Source: an uncultured Acidobacteriota bacterium (GTDB lineage: Bacteria; Acidobacteriota; Terriglobia; Terriglobales; Acidobacteriaceae). From it: a stretch of DNA of 64,000 nt. The stretch lies in NCBI GenBank assembly GCA_963850425.1, contig CAWKLF010000008.1:154421-218420 (forward strand), read 5' to 3'. The notes beneath the pieces were generated by a model, which was given only the letters and a program-made list of their open reading frames with translations, was not told the origin of the DNA and searched no databases. This document shows positions 1-9,178 of this stretch, piece after piece; position 1 is the stretch's first letter; each line of letters starts with the position of its first letter. The position numbers and the translations under genes were made by a program.

Positions 1-576
1 TTCGGTCAAAAACGCATCCTGAAAGCGCTCGATGGTCCAATCGAGGATGGAGACGATCATCTCCACATCGAGGTCCTTGCGCACCTCGCCGCGCTGCACG
101 CCAAACTTCACAAATGCAACGGTGCCGTACGGATCTTCAGTCATCAGGAAGCGGTTGATCTCCCGTTTCAGAGCCAGGTCGGTACCGTAGTTGCCCAGCA
201 GTGAGATGCGGTAAGGGATCCAATCTTCGTGCACCAGGTGTTCGGTGCGCTCGAGCCAGTAGCGGAGCACGCCGAAAAATCCGAGGGTCTGCACGTCGGC
301 GGGGGCATCGAGGTAAGCTGGAAACGCGCGTACCGCCTTCTTGTAGACCTCGAAGAACAGGCCGTCCTTGCTGCCGAAGTGCTGAAAGATCGATCCCTTG
401 GCGATATCCAATTCAGCAGCGATGTCTCCCACGCGGGCCGAGTGATAGCCCTGCTCGGCGAAGTGGCGCATGGCGGTATCGATGATGCGGGCGCGCTTTG
501 CTTCAGAACGGGGGCGCGGGGGAAGCTGGTTGCGATAACGGGGAGGAGAGATAAGACTGCTGGCGATGCCGCTCAT
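1..576 (-). CDS. TetR/AcrR-family transcriptional regulator (partial; C-terminus lies beyond the window edge)
   Basis: Not in the ORF track because there is no stop in the window. My translation from the ATG (complement of 574-576) reads MSGIASSLISPPRYRNQLPPRPRSEAKRARIIDTAMRHFAEQGYHSARVGDIAAELDIAKGSIFQHFGSKDGLFFEVYKKA..., a canonical TetR N-terminal HTH. It is divergent from the catabolic genes at 681 onward. Confidence 0.85.
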   Translation of the reverse strand, partial: MSGIASSLISPPRYRNQLPPRPRSEAKRARIIDTAMRHFAEQGYHSARVGDIAAELDIAKGSIFQHFGSKDGLFFEVYKKAVRAFPAYLDAPADVQTLGFFGVLRYWLERTEHLVHEDWIPYRISLLGNYGTDLALKREINRFLMTEDPYGTVAFVKFGVQRGEVRKDLDVEMIVSILDWTIERFQDAFLTE

Positions 577-615
577 AGATTGACCTCAAGTCACGGAACG
601 ATACCGAAAAATTCT

Positions 616-632
616 TTGGAATTCAATTCCAA
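616..632. promoter_or_regulatory. Perfect 8-1-8 palindrome TTGGAATT-C-AATTCCAA; candidate TetR operator
   Basis: Read directly at 616-632, inside the 104-nt divergent intergenic region between the TetR start (576) and the oxidoreductase start (681). Confidence 0.5.
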
Positions 633-680
633 TTTTTTAGGCTCCTGCGCTAGTGTATTGGCCCACAGACCATAGTCGGG

Positions 681-2331
681 ATGACTTTGAGTCAATCGCA
701 CATGCCGGATGCCGGAGGGAAATCTTACGACGCGATCGTGGTTGGCGGCGGCCACAACGGCCTGACCGCGGCTGCGTATCTTGCCCGCGCCGGGCTGACA
801 ACGCTCGTACTGGAGCGCCGCGAGATTGTCGGCGGCTGCTGCGTGACGGAGGAGATCGCTCCCGGATGCCGCGCGTCCACGACATCTTACATCGCCAGCA
901 TGCTGCGGCCGGAAGTAATCAGCGACCTGAAGCTTGCCGAGCACGGATTGCGGATGGTGCCGTGCGATCCGGCGATCCAGGTCGCATTCCCGGATGGCTG
1001 TGTGGTGCCGTGGTGGGCCGATCGAGATCGTGCTGCTGTTGAGTTCCGCAAGCATTCGCCCAAGGATGCGGAAACCTTCGTCCGGGTGGACGAAAAACTC
1101 AAAAAGCTGGCTCGATACTTGCAGCCATTTTTCCTCGAGCGTCCTCCGGAAATCGACACCAAGAGCATCCTCGGATGGAATGATCTGTTCCGCGTGGGCA
1201 AGCGATTTCGGAGCATCTCGAACTTGGAGATGGCCGAACTAGTCTCATTTCTTACTGGAAGTCTTGGCGAGTTCCTCGATCGGAACTATGAATCCCAGAC
1301 GATCAAGACCATGTTCCTCGCCAACAACGTGTATGGCAAACATGGCGGACCTTATCAGCCGGGGAGCGCGCTTGGGCTTCTTTTTCACCTGTTGAGTGGT
1401 GGCGAACATCAACTGCAAGGTTTTTACGGTCACGTAATGGGCGGCATGGGCGCGATCTCGGAAGCACTTGCCGCGGCAGGACGCAAATTCGGCGTCGAGA
1501 TCCGGACTTCCGCCTCGGTCGCCCAAATCCATACCCGCGGCGGCCGCGCCCGTGGTGTTGTTTTGGAAGATGGGACCGAGATCGGCGCGCGCATCGTTCT
1601 CTCCAACGCGGATCCGAAACGCACGTTTCTGAAAATGCTTCCTGAGCGGGAGCTGCCGGCAGAATTCGTGTAATGCCATTCGCGGGATCAAGATGGCCGG
1701 GCCGTGCGCGAAAGTGAATCTGGCCCTTTCCGAAGAGCCTCGCTTCACGGGGACGCCCTCGAGCTACACGCCCCTGGAAAGAACGTTCTACACGCTGGTG
1801 CCATCGCTCGAGTTTGCCGAGCGCTGCTACGACATTGCGAAGTTCGGCGAAATTCCGAAAGAGCTCTGGGTAGATTGCGTGGTTGCCTCGAATGCCGACG
1901 CATCCTTGGCACCTCGCGGCACTCACGTAATGACCTGTTTCGTGCAGTACGTTCCCTATCACCTGCGCACGGGGACGTGGGACGAAAATCGCGAATTGCT
2001 GGGTGACCGCGTTCTACGAAAGATCGGCGAATACGCCCCCAATGTGCCGGCGTCGGTGATTGCGCGCCAGACGTTGACGCCCCTTGATCTGGAGCGAACT
2101 TATGGACTGACCGAAGGAAACATCTTCCACGGCGATCTGGCACTGGAGCAATTGTTTTTCATGCGGCCCGTTCCGGGATGGTCTCAGTACCGGACGCCGA
2201 TTGACGGTCTTTACTTGTGCGGAGCAGGAGCCCATCCGGGTGGTGGGGTGACGGGAGCGCCTGGCCATAACGCAGCACAACAGGCTCTGCGGGACTGGAA
2301 GAAGGGTCGCTTCAAGGCGGGTGCGGCATGA
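681..2331 (+). pseudogene. CrtI/phytoene-desaturase-family FAD-dependent oxidoreductase, interrupted by an apparent +1 frameshift near 1671
   Basis: ORFs 681..1673 and 1693..2331 are the two halves of one fold. The N-terminus has YDAIVVGGGHNGLTAAAYLARAG (dinucleotide-binding motif) and the C-terminus has GLYLCGAGAHPGGGVTGAPGHNAA. The first frame ends ...LPAEFV*. The second frame is already open and reads NAIRGIKMAGPCAKVNLALSE. Dropping one T at about 1671 gives a continuous EFVNAIRGIK. Confidence 0.75.
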
Positions 2332-3506
2332 GCCTGAATGGGCACCGCTCAGCGGACATCGTGATTGTCGGCGCCGGAGTCATGGGCGCCTCCATAGCTT
2401 TCCACCTGGCGCAGCTCAAAGCAGGACGCATTCTGGTTATCGACAAGGAGCACGTCGGGTTCGGCGGCAGCGGGCGCTCTTCGGCGCTCATCCGCATGCA
2501 TTACAGCTTTCCAGCGGAAGTGCAATTGGCAGTCATTAGCCTCCGCATGTTTGAGCACTGGGAAGATCTAGTTGGAGAAGCGACGCTGTTTCACAAGACA
2601 GGTTTCATAAGGATCGTCCATCCCAATGAAACCGAACAATTGAAGCACAACGTGGAAATGCAGCGGAAATTGGGCGTAAACGTGAAGTTGATCTTGCAAG
2701 CAGAGCTTCATGATCTCGCGCCCGATTGGGTGGTCGACGAGGTGGCACAGGCTGCATATGAGCCGGACTCCGGCTACGGGGACGGAGCAGGAGTGGCCAA
2801 TGACTTTTTGAATCGGGCGCGCGAAATGGGTGTCGCATATTCCCCGCGCACACGAGTCACGGCATTCAAGACGGAGGCAGGGCGGATTTGCGGCTTGCAG
2901 ACCGATCAAGGCGACGTGACCGCCCGAATCGTGGTTGCAGCCAGCGGCCCCTGGACACGCCCCTTGTTCCAAGCTGCGGGCTACGACTTGCCGATCGAGA
3001 CTGAATATCACCAGGTCGCCATTCTTAAGAATGCTCCGGACTCGACGGGCCGAGGCTGCGCCTGCATCGATTCCGTTACAGCCACTTATTTCCGGCCAGA
3101 TGGACCCGATAAATTTCTGGTGGGCGACTTTTATGGAGAGCGGCCAGTCGACCCTGATGACTTCCCGCAACGTGCTTCCGACGAATCACTGGAAGAATTA
3201 ATCGAGCGCGCTTGCCGGCGTATTCCGAAACTTGAAAATGCCGAGGTCATGCGTGGCGTGACCGGCGTGTACGACATGACTCCAGATTGCCGGCCCTTGC
3301 TGGGACAGATTCCCGGCATCGAGGGGCTTTTTGTTTGTGCTGGGTTTTCGGGAATGGGGTTCAAGATTTCCCCGGCCATCGGCCTCGTAATGTCGGAGTT
3401 GCTGATGCATGGAATCGCGAACACGGTGGAGATTCAAGCGTTTGCTCCAAATCGGTTCGCTGAAGGCAAGCCGATCAAGGGAGAGTTCGAGTACGTCGAC
3501 GACTAG
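2328..3506 (+). CDS. FAD-dependent oxidoreductase, DAO family (sarcosine/dimethylglycine-oxidase-like)
   Basis: 392 aa. N-terminal ADIVIVGAGVMGASIAFHLA Rossmann motif. ATGA start/stop overlap with the upstream gene. Confidence 0.75.
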   Translation: MSLNGHRSADIVIVGAGVMGASIAFHLAQLKAGRILVIDKEHVGFGGSGRSSALIRMHYSFPAEVQLAVISLRMFEHWEDLVGEATLFHKTGFIRIVHPNETEQLKHNVEMQRKLGVNVKLILQAELHDLAPDWVVDEVAQAAYEPDSGYGDGAGVANDFLNRAREMGVAYSPRTRVTAFKTEAGRICGLQTDQGDVTARIVVAASGPWTRPLFQAAGYDLPIETEYHQVAILKNAPDSTGRGCACIDSVTATYFRPDGPDKFLVGDFYGERPVDPDDFPQRASDESLEELIERACRRIPKLENAEVMRGVTGVYDMTPDCRPLLGQIPGIEGLFVCAGFSGMGFKISPAIGLVMSELLMHGIANTVEIQAFAPNRFAEGKPIKGEFEYVDD

Positions 3507-3524
3507 CGGACGCAAGGAGAAAGC

Positions 3525-4520
3525 ATGAAAAAAAAAGGCATTCTGGAACGGTTGAAAGAGGGGCCGGTTCTGGGCGACGGGGGTTACCTGCTGGAGTTGG
3601 AGAAGCGCGGATGGGTACGGCCGGGTCCGTTCACTCCCGAGGTCGCGATCGTCTATCCGGATGCGCTGCGCGAATTGCACATCGAGTTCCGGCAAGCGGG
3701 GGCAGAAGTTCTTCAGGCCCTCACTTTCTATGCCAGCCGGGACAAACTGGCCACGGTGGGCTTGCAGGATAAGGTCGAGGACATCAACCGGTCCGCCGTC
3801 CGCATTGCGAAAGAAGTCGCAGGCGACGACTGCCTGGTGGCGGGGAATTTGAGCCTTACCTGGATGTATGAGCCGAACAGCCCGGCGGCAGCGGATCGCG
3901 TGCGTGAAACGTTCGATGAACAATTGCGCATCCAGCTGGAGGAAGGGGTCGACTTCATTGTCGGGGAAACTTTTTCGTGGCTGGGCGAGGCCTTGCTGGC
4001 GGTCGAACGTGCGAAGAAAACCGGACTCCCTGTGATGGTGACCATCTGCTTCGAGAACAAAGATGAAACGGCAGAAGGAACAAACGCAGCCGATGCCGCA
4101 AAGACGCTGCTCGACGCGGGCGCCGACATCGTAGGCATGAATTGCCTGCGGCCTCCAGAGCACATGCTCGGGCCGATGGAGCAGATGCGAAAGGCAGTGT
4201 CGGGTTATCTCGCCTGCCAACCAGTGGGGTACCGGACTCCCAAGGACAAGCCAGACTTCACGAGCCTGCCCGAATTTCCTTACGCTCTTGACCCGCTGCA
4301 GCTGACGCGCAAAGACATGGGTGCTTACGCCGCGCAGGCTCGAGAAATTGGAATCAATTACATCGGTTCCTGTTGCGGGTCGGTAGCCTCGCACGTTCGG
4401 GAAATGGCGAAGGTACTCGGCAAGCTTCCGCCTGACAACCGCGTTTGGAAAAAAGGCGGTGCCAAGCCGATGTCGGCTTACGAGTACTATGACCACGACA
4501 AAGCAGAAGTGAAGCGATAG
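3525..4520 (+). CDS. Homocysteine S-methyltransferase family protein (betaine-homocysteine methyltransferase-like)
   Basis: 331 aa. GDGGYLLELEKRGW N-terminus and a C-terminal GSCCG zinc-ligand motif, typical of the Pfam S-methyl_trans / BHMT family. Confidence 0.75.
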   Translation: MKKKGILERLKEGPVLGDGGYLLELEKRGWVRPGPFTPEVAIVYPDALRELHIEFRQAGAEVLQALTFYASRDKLATVGLQDKVEDINRSAVRIAKEVAGDDCLVAGNLSLTWMYEPNSPAAADRVRETFDEQLRIQLEEGVDFIVGETFSWLGEALLAVERAKKTGLPVMVTICFENKDETAEGTNAADAAKTLLDAGADIVGMNCLRPPEHMLGPMEQMRKAVSGYLACQPVGYRTPKDKPDFTSLPEFPYALDPLQLTRKDMGAYAAQAREIGINYIGSCCGSVASHVREMAKVLGKLPPDNRVWKKGGAKPMSAYEYYDHDKAEVKR

Positions 4521-4551
4521 CTGCGTAACTCTTCGCGCGAAAGACAAAGAC

Positions 4552-4577
4552 AAGGCCTGCTCCAACGAGCAGGCCTT
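4552..4577. terminator. Bidirectional hairpin between convergent genes
   Basis: AAGGCCTGCTC-caac-GAGCAGGCCTT, an 11-bp perfect stem, between the BHMT-like stop (4520) and the dps stop (4603). T/A-rich flanks are weak. Confidence 0.6.
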
Positions 4578-4602
4578 CTTCAATGCGCAATCTCTGCAGC
4601 GT

Positions 4603-5220
4603 TCAGGCTGCAGCTTCCGGGTCTTGAGCAATCACCAATGGCACGTTAACCAGATGCTCATTAATGAACCATTGCTGCAGCTCGTTGGTGCGTAAAACAT
4701 CGCTCACGACGAGATCGTTGGTCCCGTCGTCACCAATAGTCTGCGCGCGCTTTGCAAGTTTGCGACAGTGGCCGATGATGAGCTGATGGGCATCGAGCAA
4801 GCGTGAAATTTGTACTGGAACCTCTTCCCTGCCGCGCGGCGGTCGCTCGATCTGGGTCGTTTCCGCAATGTCGGGCGCCATTGCCAGGCTGATGCCGCCT
4901 AGCAACTGGATGCGCTCGGCAATCTGATCAACCAGTTCGTTCTGCTCTTCGTAGTGTTTGTCGTACAGCAAATGAAGCTGATAGAAGGTCGGCCCGGCCA
5001 CCTGCCAGTGCGATTTCTTATACAAGTCGCGCAGGGTCATTGTGTCAGCCAGAAGTTGATTGAGCTGTTCCGTCATCTCGAGACGAACCGGCTCTTCCAG
5101 TTCGAGGGGGACCAGGTGCTCCACGGTGCCGTAGGCTTGAAATTCTCGCGCTCTCTGGTGCAAGCGTGGTTGCGCACTCACTCTGCCACGATTGGCAGAT
5201 GCAGATTCCTTCTTTGCCAT
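4603..5220 (-). CDS. dps: Dps-family DNA-protection/ferritin-like protein with a long N-terminal tail
   Basis: 205 aa. HWQVAGPTFYQLHLLYDKHYEEQNELVDQIAERIQLLGG is the Dps ferroxidase-centre region. Confidence 0.85.
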   Translation of the reverse strand: MAKKESASANRGRVSAQPRLHQRAREFQAYGTVEHLVPLELEEPVRLEMTEQLNQLLADTMTLRDLYKKSHWQVAGPTFYQLHLLYDKHYEEQNELVDQIAERIQLLGGISLAMAPDIAETTQIERPPRGREEVPVQISRLLDAHQLIIGHCRKLAKRAQTIGDDGTNDLVVSDVLRTNELQQWFINEHLVNVPLVIAQDPEAAA

Positions 5221-5473
5221 GGGAAAACTCCTTGCGATGCGAAAGGGTGAGGCTGTAAGCAGGTGTCACACTAACCTTAGTAGCTGTCAGCCCGCCAAAG
5301 GGTTGGATGATACAGGCGAAGGGTTTGATTCCCGGGAATGCAAAGACAGAAACCTGGCCGGAGCCGCCGTTATTCACGGCTTTGTCTCATGAGCTTACAT
5401 GGAATACATCATTCACAACATGAGATCAACCCGTTCCCATCATGCGAGCTGCGTCGGAAGGCGGAGAACAGAT

Positions 5474-6169
5474 TCAGGATCGGCCTGGTTCGAAGCGATA
5501 TCCGACCCAGGGCTCGGTTATGATGTAGCGATGCGTTGATCCGTCCTTTTCCAGCTTTTTGCGAAGCTGGCCAACAAAGACCCGGAGATACTCGACCTGC
5601 TCCGTACTTTGGCCGCCCCAGATGGCCGCGAGCAGGGCGCGGTGGGTCACGACTTTTTCCGCGTGGCGCGCCAGGTAGACAAGCAGATCGAACTCTTTCG
5701 GAGTCAGATGTACTTCCTTTCCCGCGACCATAACCTTGTGGGCCGCCAAATCGATCAGAAAATCTCCAGTGGTGATCATCGAGGATTCTGCGTCCGAAGA
5801 TGGCGAACGGCGGAGAGAAGCACGGACACGCGCAAGCAATTCCTCCATCCCAAAGGGCTTAGTGACGTAGTCGTCAGCTCCCGCGTCGAGCGCCTGCACC
5901 TTTGTCCGCTCTTCTCCCCGCACCGAAAGAATGACAATCGGCACGCTACTCAGGGTTCGCAGCCGGCGCGTCAGCTCCAGCCCATCCATGTTGGGCATGG
6001 AGAGGTCGGTGATCACTAAATCGGGAGTCCAGTCCTTCATGATTTCGAGAGCTGTCTCTCCATCATTGGCAACTCTCACATCGTAGGAGTGCGTCGACAA
6101 ACTCGTGCGCAAAACCCGTGTGATCTGGGTCTCGTCGTCGACAACAAGGATTTTGCGGTGTTCTGCCAT
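5474..6169 (-). CDS. kdpE: OmpR-family response regulator, KdpE-like
   Basis: The ORF track gives 5474..6265. I place the start at internal M33 (ATG at 6169, MAEHRKILVVDDE...), 2 nt after the upstream gene's stop codon. It has a receiver domain plus a winged-helix C-terminus (RYIITEPWVGYRF). Confidence 0.8.
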   Translation of the reverse strand: MAEHRKILVVDDETQITRVLRTSLSTHSYDVRVANDGETALEIMKDWTPDLVITDLSMPNMDGLELTRRLRTLSSVPIVILSVRGEERTKVQALDAGADDYVTKPFGMEELLARVRASLRRSPSSDAESSMITTGDFLIDLAAHKVMVAGKEVHLTPKEFDLLVYLARHAEKVVTHRALLAAIWGGQSTEQVEYLRVFVGQLRKKLEKDGSTHRYIITEPWVGYRFEPGRS

Positions 6170-6171
6170 CG

Positions 6172-7293
6172 CTATGTCGGAGCCTGGGTCACGATGTGGA
6201 CGTCGACTGCGGGCGCGTCCCGCAGGAAGCGATGAATCGCTGAGATGTACAGATAACGACGCCATCCAGTCGTGGCAGAACGCCCGAAGACCACATGGGT
6301 GATGTGCTTTTCATGGACTACTTCGGCAACCGCTTCAGCGACCGTCTTCCCCTCCACACGAACGATGGTGGCACCGACGTTCTCGGCAAACTTCACGTTG
6401 GCTTCCAGGGATTTCTTGTCGCGCTCGGCGGCATCCTGCCCCATGTCGACGTAGATCACGTAAAGCTCCGCGTCGAGAGCTTCGGCCATGCGGGCGCCGC
6501 GTGCGATCAGATGCTGGGCTGCAGGATTGGAGCTGACACAAACGGCAATGCGTTCACGGACGCCGAGAGTCTTTCGGTTTTCTTGCTTGTCGAGATAAGT
6601 TTCCAGATTGCGGTCAACGGCGTTGGTCACATGACGGAGGGCCAGTTCCCGCAGCGCCATCAGATTTCCTTGCCGAAAGAAATTTCCCAGTGCCCGCTCG
6701 ACTCTTTCCAGTGGATAAATATCTCCGCGCCGCATGCGATTCTGCAGCGCCTCCGGCGTCAGATCAGCCATGACTACTTCGTCCACGCGCTTAAGGACCC
6801 AATCGGGCACGGTCTCGCGCACTTGAATTCCTGTAATGCCCTGCACCGTGGGGGTGACGCTCTCCAAATGCTGAATATTCATAGTGGAAAGAACATCGAT
6901 GCCGGCATCAAGGAGTTCGAAGACATCTTCGTAGCGCTTGCGATGCTTGCTTCCTTCAATATTGGTGTGTGCCAATTCATCGACAATGGCCACCCGAGGC
7001 CGGCGAGCCAAGATCGCGTCCACGTCCATCTCTTCGAATTGCGCACCTTTGTAATCAATCTTTTTCCGAGCAACCGGCTCCAACTGCGCAGCCAATTCGG
7101 CGGTCACCTTTCGTCCATGAGTTTCGACAACTCCGATCACGACGTCTTCGCCGCGACTATGGCGGCGGATTGCCTCACTCAACATGTTGTAGGTTTTGCC
7201 GACGCCCGGCGCGTAGCCAAGAAAAAGTTTAAAGACGCCACCCGGGCGGACGGGGGACGACTCTTCGAGCCATTGCTCGGGAGTTTTGGGCAT
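6172..7293 (-). CDS. kdpD: Stand-alone KdpD N-terminal sensor module (KdpD domain + Usp domain); no transmembrane or kinase part
   Basis: 373 aa. FKLFLGYAPGVGKTYNMLSEA Walker-A-like KdpD motif, followed by a USP-like domain (RIAVCVSSNPAAQHLI...HVVFGRS). The protein ends there. Confidence 0.8.
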   Translation of the reverse strand: MPKTPEQWLEESSPVRPGGVFKLFLGYAPGVGKTYNMLSEAIRRHSRGEDVVIGVVETHGRKVTAELAAQLEPVARKKIDYKGAQFEEMDVDAILARRPRVAIVDELAHTNIEGSKHRKRYEDVFELLDAGIDVLSTMNIQHLESVTPTVQGITGIQVRETVPDWVLKRVDEVVMADLTPEALQNRMRRGDIYPLERVERALGNFFRQGNLMALRELALRHVTNAVDRNLETYLDKQENRKTLGVRERIAVCVSSNPAAQHLIARGARMAEALDAELYVIYVDMGQDAAERDKKSLEANVKFAENVGATIVRVEGKTVAEAVAEVVHEKHITHVVFGRSATTGWRRYLYISAIHRFLRDAPAVDVHIVTQAPT

Positions 7294-7316
7294 GGCGAGT
7301 ATTTTGCTTTAGCCAG

Positions 7317-8789
7317 ATGAAATTGTCGAACCTCGGCTACAATCGCGTCGTGAACAAGCCACAGTCTCAGGAGATCCGTCGCTATGCCGGAGCGCTCCTG
7401 GCGGTTTGTATCGTGGTTTACGGTTACCGTGCGCTTCATGTGCACAACCCCACTACTGTTGCCTTAACTCTTCTGCTGACTGTGTTGATTATTTCCACGC
7501 GCTGGGCCCTGCGCGTCTCCGCCTTCACCGCCGTGATTGCTACACTGGGTTTCAACTACTACTTTCTCCCTCCCGTTGGCACTTTTGCCATCGCCGACCC
7601 ACAAAACTGGGTTGCATTATTTGCCTTCCTGGTCACAGCCGTGATCGCCAGCGAACTGTCGGCTCGCGCGCGCCACGAAGCTACGAATGCGATTGAGCGG
7701 CGCAAGGACGTCGAGCGGCTATACGCTTTCAGTCAGAAACTGCTCACAAGCGACAATGTGGTCGAGTTGCTGAACCTGCTTCCCAGGTACATTGTGGATG
7801 GGTTCGACGTGAGGAACGCAGCCATCTCATTGCCGGATCGTCCAGACATCTACCGTTCCAGCGCAGAAATCAGCGATTTAGAAGCTCACGACCTGCAACT
7901 GGTTTGCAGCCGCGGCGAGCCCAGGGTCGATCCGTCGCGAGGATTGGCGTTCATGCCTTTGCGGATGGGAGTCCGTACAGTGGGAAGCCTGGGCGTTTCA
8001 GGAAGTCAGCTTTCCCGGGAAACGCTAGAGGCGATGAGCAGCCTGATCGCCATTGCTATCGAGCGTGTGCGTGCGGTTGAAACGCTCAGCCGCACCGAAG
8101 CCGCGCGCGAGAGCGAGCAACTGCGCTCGGTCCTTCTGGATTCCATCACGCACGAATTTCGAACGCCGTTGACCGCGATTAAGGCGTCGGTGACGTCGTT
8201 ATTGTCGGGCACTCAAATCAGCCAGGCTCAGGAACGCGAGTTATTAACCGTGATCAATGAGGAGAGCGACCGACTGAACCGGTTGGTGGGCGAAGCTGCG
8301 GAGATGGCTCAACTGGAGGCAAACAAAGTGGAGCTTCATCTCGAGCCGGTGCCGATTCGAGAGGCGCTGGATCGCGCACTCGAGAGTTTGAGAAGCACTT
8401 TGGCTGCCCACCCTGTGGAAGTGCGGGTGCCCGAAAATCTACCGCTTGCGCGCATGGATGAGGGCCGCATTACGGAAGTCCTGATGCACCTGATTGAAAA
8501 CGCTGCGAAGTATTCCTCAGCGGACACGCCGATTCACATTGCGGCCGAAGTCCGAAATCAGCAGCTTACGACCAGCGTCGCGGACCGTGGCCCAGGAATC
8601 GATGACTTTGAGCAGGCTCTCATTTTCGATAAATTCTACCGGGGACGCAACCAGCGCATGAGCATCCAGGGCACCGGGATGGGCTTGGCGATTGCCAAGG
8701 CGATTGTCGAGGCCCATGGCGGAACGATCGGAGTGACCAGCCAGCTTGGACACGGGTCGGTTTTTTACTTCACGTTACCGCTCGCGTAG
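7317..8789 (+). CDS. Sensor histidine kinase corresponding to the C-terminal half of KdpD (DUF4118-type TM region, GAF-like, HisKA, HATPase_c)
   Basis: 490 aa. Four N-terminal hydrophobic helices, H-box HEFRTPLTAIKAS, and G-boxes DRGPGI / GTGMGLAIAK. Divergent from the KdpD-N gene with only 23 nt between the start codons. Confidence 0.8.
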   Translation: MKLSNLGYNRVVNKPQSQEIRRYAGALLAVCIVVYGYRALHVHNPTTVALTLLLTVLIISTRWALRVSAFTAVIATLGFNYYFLPPVGTFAIADPQNWVALFAFLVTAVIASELSARARHEATNAIERRKDVERLYAFSQKLLTSDNVVELLNLLPRYIVDGFDVRNAAISLPDRPDIYRSSAEISDLEAHDLQLVCSRGEPRVDPSRGLAFMPLRMGVRTVGSLGVSGSQLSRETLEAMSSLIAIAIERVRAVETLSRTEAARESEQLRSVLLDSITHEFRTPLTAIKASVTSLLSGTQISQAQERELLTVINEESDRLNRLVGEAAEMAQLEANKVELHLEPVPIREALDRALESLRSTLAAHPVEVRVPENLPLARMDEGRITEVLMHLIENAAKYSSADTPIHIAAEVRNQQLTTSVADRGPGIDDFEQALIFDKFYRGRNQRMSIQGTGMGLAIAKAIVEAHGGTIGVTSQLGHGSVFYFTLPLA

Positions 8790-9176
8790 TCAGAGAGCTG
8801 CGCCGAGCAGGCTATACATCAAGACCGCGAGCACAAAACTGGCCACTCCGACATAAAGCCAGTCACGCTCAAGCGCGAATGCAATGGCAGAAAAGGCGAC
8901 GCGCGCAACGGGGGTCGCGATCAGGAAGAGAATTCCAAGCTGAATGATGCCCCGCCCGTGCAGGGTACTTGCAGAGCGAAGAATCCCCTTCCACTGTCTG
9001 AGGTCAGATGGCTCGCCTGCGAAAGCGCGGTAGTGAGTGGGAGCAAGTCCGTGCCGAACGAGAAAGACGAGACCTCCGATGACCACTACCACCGCCGCCA
9101 AGGTCACGCCCGTGCGCAACAGGTTGGCGATCACGACTTCCATTTTGTGATCGGTCCAGTCAGCCTTTCGGAACAT
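8790..9176 (-). CDS. DUF1634-family small membrane protein
   Basis: 128 aa with 3-4 TM helices. Immediately downstream of a TauE/SafE permease, which is the usual partner arrangement. Confidence 0.6.
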   Translation of the reverse strand: MFRKADWTDHKMEVVIANLLRTGVTLAAVVVVIGGLVFLVRHGLAPTHYRAFAGEPSDLRQWKGILRSASTLHGRGIIQLGILFLIATPVARVAFSAIAFALERDWLYVGVASFVLAVLMYSLLGAAL

Positions 9177-9178
9177 AG

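Noticed and set aside
3198-4631. Long antisense ORFs in the track. Examples: 3198-4631 (477 aa), 6295-7320, 14472-15443, 21564-22796 (410 aa), 31595-32773 (392 aa), 36929-37864, 42145-43041, 46949-47797, 58121-59092, 60546-62138 (530 aa).
   Set aside because: Each lies entirely opposite a gene with unmistakable family motifs (BHMT-like, KdpD-N, hisG, Zn-peptidase, GH63, FeS-cNMP, the 40609-44355 multiheme cytochrome, zwf, hom, ilvB). Their translations are Arg/Gly/His/Val-rich with no recognisable domains. These are typical shadow ORFs of GC-rich coding DNA.
5221-5473. Intergenic regions longer than 150 nt (5221-5473, 10016-10172, 22839-23030, 27245-27579, 34222-34448, 46773-46918, 53481-53803) scanned for tRNA, rRNA or riboswitch-like features.
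   Set aside because: I saw no tRNA hallmarks (a GTTCGAATC-type T-loop with acceptor complementarity), no rRNA-like conservation and no recognisable riboswitch cores. Scanning by eye is insensitive, so tRNAscan or Infernal should confirm this.
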